Source: Bdellovibrionales bacterium (GTDB lineage: Bacteria > Bdellovibrionota > Bdellovibrionia > Bdellovibrionales > JAUICD01). Taken from it: a stretch of DNA of 64,000 nucleotides. Under the pieces are notes generated by a model that saw only the letters and a program-made list of their open reading frames with translations, did no database searches and had not been told where the DNA came from. The position numbers and the translations under genes are program-made. Positions within the stretch are counted from its first letter, which is position 1, and every line of letters begins with the position of its first letter. The stretch spans positions 160,001 to 224,000 of the forward strand of contig CBDANC010000014.1 in NCBI GenBank assembly GCA_965197425.1. Reading direction: 5' to 3'. This document shows positions 59,342-64,000 of the stretch, one piece after another.

Positions 59342-59854
59342 TTGAATTTACAGAGTTTACAGGGTGTGTTTGCCAAAGGCTTGGAGGATAGTCCAATCGA
59401 CATGAGTTTGATGGACATAATCTTTTTATTTGGTAATTCCATATTAGCTGGTTTATTGTTAGCAGCCTCTACTCATTATATAACTCGAAAACTTACCTCT
59501 GATATATCTCAAACTGATAGTGATACATTGCTTGGAACTTTCAATATATTATTTTTATGTGTTGGTATGACGGGTGTTATGATCTTGGTTAACGATAATT
59601 TTATAAGAGTGTTTGCCATTGTGGCAGCTTTTGCACTTTTCCGTTTTAGAGTTAGTTTAGGTGAAAAAGGTATAAGAGCAAGTTTGTTGTTTGGTGTGAT
59701 GGCCGGCATGGCAATGGGTTTAAACGAAAAGATGTTGGGTTGGATTCTTGTATTTGTATATCATGTGTTATTAATGATTATGTTTGTTGTACATGGGATG
59801 TTTGAATCTGACACCAACATTTCAGACAAAAAAGATTTACAACAAAACAAGTAA
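59342..59854 (+). CDS. Membrane protein, DUF4956-like
   Basis: VMILVNDNFIRVFAIVAAFALFRFR...GMAMG. Confidence 0.65.
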   Translation: MNLQSLQGVFAKGLEDSPIDMSLMDIIFLFGNSILAGLLLAASTHYITRKLTSDISQTDSDTLLGTFNILFLCVGMTGVMILVNDNFIRVFAIVAAFALFRFRVSLGEKGIRASLLFGVMAGMAMGLNEKMLGWILVFVYHVLLMIMFVVHGMFESDTNISDKKDLQQNK

Positions 59855-59946
59855 TTTATTCTGCCAGTTTTATAGCCAGTACTTTTGTCTAACGTGCTTA
59901 TGTGCAACTTGACTATGAAACTGTCTGCAATGAAACTTGACTCACA

Positions 59947-60552
59947 ATGAAATTGTTCCTTTTACTGTTAGTTTCTCTTCATGCAAAACAGTTTGATCTT
60001 GTGGATGTTGCCTTTGACAAAGAGCGGGATGACTCTCAGAGGTGGCGCTCTTTGATTGCACTTTCTGTACAAGATGGAGATCAGTCCGTACAGCACTTGA
60101 GCTCTGCGGTTCTCAGTGATGAGTGGTTTATGCGGGATGCCGCTTTACTTGCTATGGGTGCTGTTGATACGGATCTAGCTTTGGAGTGGGCGAGAAAACT
60201 CATTATCACCGATCCATCCATGCTTGTGAGAACAACTGCTGTAAAGATCATTAAGCAAAATGGTAGTAAAGCTGACATTCCTGTTTTATCTAAGGCAATT
60301 CACAACAAACAGAATTTTAGACATGGAAGAAGTCTTTGGATCAGGCGACATATAGCCGAGGCAATATCATATTTGGATAAGTCATCTTACACTGAGATGC
60401 TAAAGCTTCTAGATGATGATGATACAAGGGTTAACCAGGTTGCACTTAAAGCGCTAGAGGAAATAACAGGCCACAAACCAGATTATAAAGATCATGCCCT
60501 TGAGGGAAAAATATCCGTTTGGAAAGATATATTAATCAGCAAAGCCAAATAG
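59947..60552 (+). CDS. HEAT-repeat protein
   Basis: EWFMRDAALLAM, DPSMLVRTTAV, LLDDDDTRVNQVALKAL. Confidence 0.75.
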   Translation: MKLFLLLLVSLHAKQFDLVDVAFDKERDDSQRWRSLIALSVQDGDQSVQHLSSAVLSDEWFMRDAALLAMGAVDTDLALEWARKLIITDPSMLVRTTAVKIIKQNGSKADIPVLSKAIHNKQNFRHGRSLWIRRHIAEAISYLDKSSYTEMLKLLDDDDTRVNQVALKALEEITGHKPDYKDHALEGKISVWKDILISKAK

Positions 60553-60583
60553 AACACTAGGTAGTGTAACTTAATTTTTTGTT

Positions 60584-61069
60584 TTACTCTTTGCTTTGTT
60601 TTGTAAATAGAGTCATGTAGTATTTAGATAGAAAGTCAATTTTTACAAATTGTTCCTTATGTGTCCAAATGATTTCTCCAAATGCTCCATATCTAGCAGA
60701 CAATGTGGCATCTGAAAGATCTTGGTCTACACCAGAGATTGAACTTACATTATTGTTATAATGGGTGAATTTAATTCTAATTTCTCCCGGTATAGTAGAT
60801 GAAAATATAAGTTTATATCCGTTTCTAAATAGCATAAAGTCAGCAGTGGTGTTTGCTATTCCGTATATTTTTACTCCACCAGCGCTTAAGCCCCTTAGTT
60901 GATTGAAGGCAGAAACATAATCTATAAAGCTTTCTTTGATTTGTCTTAAAAAAGAAGTTGTGGCGTTTTGAAGTTCTAATTGTATATCATCTGATTCCCA
61001 AAGAGTTTCTTTTATACCTTGAGTTTCCGTATAAACCAGATCCTTTATCCAATCTATTTTACTCATCAA
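60584..61069 (-). CDS. Hypothetical protein
   Basis: GGAGG RBS; 161 aa ORF with ADFMLFRNGYKL motif. Confidence 0.65.
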   Translation of the reverse strand: MMSKIDWIKDLVYTETQGIKETLWESDDIQLELQNATTSFLRQIKESFIDYVSAFNQLRGLSAGGVKIYGIANTTADFMLFRNGYKLIFSSTIPGEIRIKFTHYNNNVSSISGVDQDLSDATLSARYGAFGEIIWTHKEQFVKIDFLSKYYMTLFTKQSKE

Positions 61070-61081
61070 AAACCTCCATTT

Positions 61082-64000
61082 TTAGAATCCTGCTGCATTT
61101 AATGATATTCCAAAGCTTCTATGATGTTTATCATTAATTGTCCTAAGCCCATGATAAAATCCAAGTTTTACTGTAAAGGGAAAATGATAAAACGCAGTAA
61201 AGTTTAGACTAGCTTCTATACCAATAGATGAAAACAAAGTGTTTTCTATTATATCATATTGAAGTTCTTCCACATCATTTGAATTTGGGACTACACCATC
61301 CATTGGGACTACACCATCCATAATGTATAAATTATCAGCTACAAATCCAGCATACAAGTCTTTCAAAAAAAATGGCCATGATGATAGGTTTTTATATAGC
61401 TTCAAGGCAGGAAACTTGTACTCCAAATTGAAGCTATGCAGGTTAACACCCGCAAAAAAACCACAATCATAACCCCTTAGAAGATGTGGAGATGCCACAC
61501 TAGACGGTATCCCTAAGATTGATCTTGCCGCACAGGCGACAGCACGTCCACCATTTAAATTGTCACCACTTAAGCTGGTTGATACATAGGTGTGTGCAGT
61601 ATTTAATTTAAGCTCATGACCGCTATCAAATACAGGTAGATAGAATTGGTTATCCAATGTTGTCTGATTGCTAATATCGGGATTAGAAAGGTTATACCAC
61701 TGTGTTAGCCCAATTCTAGGTCCGCTTTTTACTATAAAACCATTTGCTCTTCTAGTCTCTATATCTTCATACGATAGCCCTACGGTTGGTCCAAAATCCT
61801 CACCCTTACCATTTTGTGCATATATAAGTCCCAACTCAGCTTTTAGCTCGTTTCCTTCTGTCAAATTTTTATCGATGTCCAAACTTACGATGTTTTCTCT
61901 TGCAAACACAGTGCCTTCTTTTTCATGAAAGAAACGATAATAGCTACCCACTGACAAACTAGTCTGTACAGGTAGCATATAGTTGTTATAGCTGAATAAT
62001 CCAACCAAGTGAGGAGTTTTATCTTCCCGTGAATATATGGATACACCAGCTGACACAGTATAATTATGACTCTCTGTTGGGTCCTCACCTTCTGTTTTTG
62101 CTAATAGTGACCAGTAATCACCAACATATTGTATTGCAGGATACCATGCCTTAGGTATAAGATGCTGCAGGTGATTGTAGTTAGTTATCTTGTAGTTTTC
62201 TTCTGGTAGAAGTTGTTTGCTTAAGACAGGTTCTACATGTGGAATATTTATTTCCGGAGTTTTAACCGCTTCTAAGCCACTTTTTTCTCCTACCAAATGG
62301 TAACCATCACTTTTTAGCTCTGCATATATTATTTCTTTTGATCTCTCATCCCATGTTCCGTTTAGGACATCCGTACTGGAGTTGGTTATTGGCCATGAAT
62401 TTTGTTTTGTGTGAGACCAAAAATACAAATTGGAAACTCCAGACACCTTAGAACTATAGAAAAATCCATCATTAATCTTGGATAGAAAAGAGGAGTTTTG
62501 CTTCGCACCTTTAAGTAGGCTTACCATATTGGAAGTTGGATCAAAAACTTTTATTAAATCAACTCCAGATGCTCTTTCACTAAACAAGATCTTGGCAGCA
62601 TCAAGACTGATTGGATACGACAATCTGATACCAGGCTCTGCTTTATAGATAACCTCTATTTCTTTGGAGTTTAGATCTACTGTAACAATATGATTTACAT
62701 CCGCATCAGTTTGAACTGCAATTAATTTGTTTTGATCCAATGAACTTGCAAATTGTAATCTACCTCCTCGGGTTAATTGTCTTTTTGATCCATCAACATT
62801 TCCAATAAAGAGGTCAGAGTAGTTATAGTAGTTTTTATATCTCTCTATAGCATTGTATACAAATTCTGTACTGCTTATCCAAGAAACCTGGTCTATGGAT
62901 TTTTCATCTAAAAGTTTTTTTTGTTCTCCGTTAATAAATGAATTTTTGTCATCTCTTTTCACTAATATTATTTGTGAGTTTACAGAATCAGTTTGCCTTA
63001 CAAACAACATTTTTTCACCATCGCTACTGATAACTGGTGAGTGATGCATTATTCCATCTTTTGCAAAGAGGCTTTCTGTATTGGATTTGTTTTCTTGTTG
63101 TCTGGGATTGTTATTGGTTATATTTAAATTATCTTCTTTATTCTCTTCTAGCTTTTGTTGGGTATCTACAGAAGTTTTATTGTTGCCACTTTGAGGGTTT
63201 ATTGATTGGATTGTTTTTATTTGTTCTGATGCAACTAGGCCTATCTGTTGGTAAGCCTTGTCTAGATATTTTTGGTAACTATCTTTTATTGATGTATACA
63301 TTTGTAATATCCAATCTGCATGGCTTTGGTTTATTGTCCCTAAGGGAGTATCTTGTTTTGCCTGATTAATTATCATGCCTCCATACATGTATGGCCTATG
63401 ACCTAGGGGCCATGTGGGTATTGAAGTTTCATTTATTGTGTAAATATCATCCATGCCCCATTTGTTATCTTGAAGCATGGCTCTGGCATTGGCGTATAGT
63501 TTTATGTCGTTTAGTCTTCCGGAGGATCTGGAGTAGCTAGATTCTACATCTACAGCCATTCCCTCCGTATACCATCTAGGCATTAAACCAATGGGAAGCA
63601 TTTTATTCCCAAAAATCGATCTAAATAATTTCCACATACCCCTTTGCTGATACAGTGTTACAGTATGGACATATTCATGTAGCATGAGGTTAAATACCCA
63701 GTCTTCAAAGTTGTAGATTGTGGTTAGAGGAGTTGGTAGTACAGACCCTATTCTGATTATTGGGTATGGCCAATTGGTAGCAGAGCCGTGGGCTCTATCA
63801 TCGTAGTCAGTTATTACAACCACTGTTTTTTTAGGGAACTCAGTAAATACTTGTTCTAGAGTTTTCTTTACACTTTCTGACTTATTGGCAACCTCTAAGG
63901 CCAATCTTTCATGCCGTAAGTCAAAGATAATCTGAAAACTTGGAGTCTCTATGCTTTTCCACTCAATATCATGTGGAGCGTTTGGGTATGTTTTTGATGC
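61082..64000 (-). CDS. Large outer-membrane protein (HEXXH zincin-like domain, beta-propeller/PD40 repeats, probable beta-barrel); 5' end lies beyond the window
   Basis: Frame stays open to base 64000 (ASKTYPNAPHDIEWKSIETPSF...); LHEYVH...PRWYTEGMAV; SPVISSDGEK; C-terminal Phe. Confidence 0.7.
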   Translation of the reverse strand, partial: ASKTYPNAPHDIEWKSIETPSFQIIFDLRHERLALEVANKSESVKKTLEQVFTEFPKKTVVVITDYDDRAHGSATNWPYPIIRIGSVLPTPLTTIYNFEDWVFNLMLHEYVHTVTLYQQRGMWKLFRSIFGNKMLPIGLMPRWYTEGMAVDVESSYSRSSGRLNDIKLYANARAMLQDNKWGMDDIYTINETSIPTWPLGHRPYMYGGMIINQAKQDTPLGTINQSHADWILQMYTSIKDSYQKYLDKAYQQIGLVASEQIKTIQSINPQSGNNKTSVDTQQKLEENKEDNLNITNNNPRQQENKSNTESLFAKDGIMHHSPVISSDGEKMLFVRQTDSVNSQIILVKRDDKNSFINGEQKKLLDEKSIDQVSWISSTEFVYNAIERYKNYYNYSDLFIGNVDGSKRQLTRGGRLQFASSLDQNKLIAVQTDADVNHIVTVDLNSKEIEVIYKAEPGIRLSYPISLDAAKILFSERASGVDLIKVFDPTSNMVSLLKGAKQNSSFLSKINDGFFYSSKVSGVSNLYFWSHTKQNSWPITNSSTDVLNGTWDERSKEIIYAELKSDGYHLVGEKSGLEAVKTPEINIPHVEPVLSKQLLPEENYKITNYNHLQHLIPKAWYPAIQYVGDYWSLLAKTEGEDPTESHNYTVSAGVSIYSREDKTPHLVGLFSYNNYMLPVQTSLSVGSYYRFFHEKEGTVFARENIVSLDIDKNLTEGNELKAELGLIYAQNGKGEDFGPTVGLSYEDIETRRANGFIVKSGPRIGLTQWYNLSNPDISNQTTLDNQFYLPVFDSGHELKLNTAHTYVSTSLSGDNLNGGRAVACAARSILGIPSSVASPHLLRGYDCGFFAGVNLHSFNLEYKFPALKLYKNLSSWPFFLKDLYAGFVADNLYIMDGVVPMDGVVPNSNDVEELQYDIIENTLFSSIGIEASLNFTAFYHFPFTVKLGFYHGLRTINDKHHRSFGISLNAAGF

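Noticed and set aside
61286..61322. 18-bp tandem duplication (MDGVVP twice)
   Set aside because: Simple in-frame slippage with no further structure.

Overview
Low-GC bacterial chromosomal segment. Gene content and protein style suggest a Bdellovibrionota-like (formerly deltaproteobacterial) organism; this is inference, not a database result. Bases 1-11.7 kb hold the S10-spc ribosomal protein operon on the minus strand (rpsJ to secY-adk-rpmJ). It lacks rplX, and map/infA are absent after adk. It is followed by a divergent EF-G paralogue, bioY, ftsQAZ, a signal-peptide-bearing degenerate ClpB-like AAA+ protein, type II glutamine synthetase, a partner-switching cluster with two duplicated sensor PP2C phosphatases, hemH, a histone-H1-like/SWIB fusion, map, ahcY, five tRNAs plus one tRNA-fMet pseudogene, a lytic transglycosylase islet, two S41 proteases, ankyrin proteins, pdxH, glpD, mreB, fabI, ctaA and a large outer-membrane protein. 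The main unexplained structure is a dispersed, modular family of short palindromic elements at about a dozen loci. Four fixed motifs (A GGAAGRCCTT, B AGCTGGGCAACC, C AACGTAA, D TCAATCAGTGTTG) are joined in different orders around interchangeable, covarying hairpins, often with GC-RRA-GC tips. Copies sit inside the ribosomal operon, where their end forms the apparent ribosome-binding site of rplV, rpmC and rpsH. They also flank tRNA genes and truncate a tRNA pseudogene. No transposase, cas gene or CRISPR array is present in the window.
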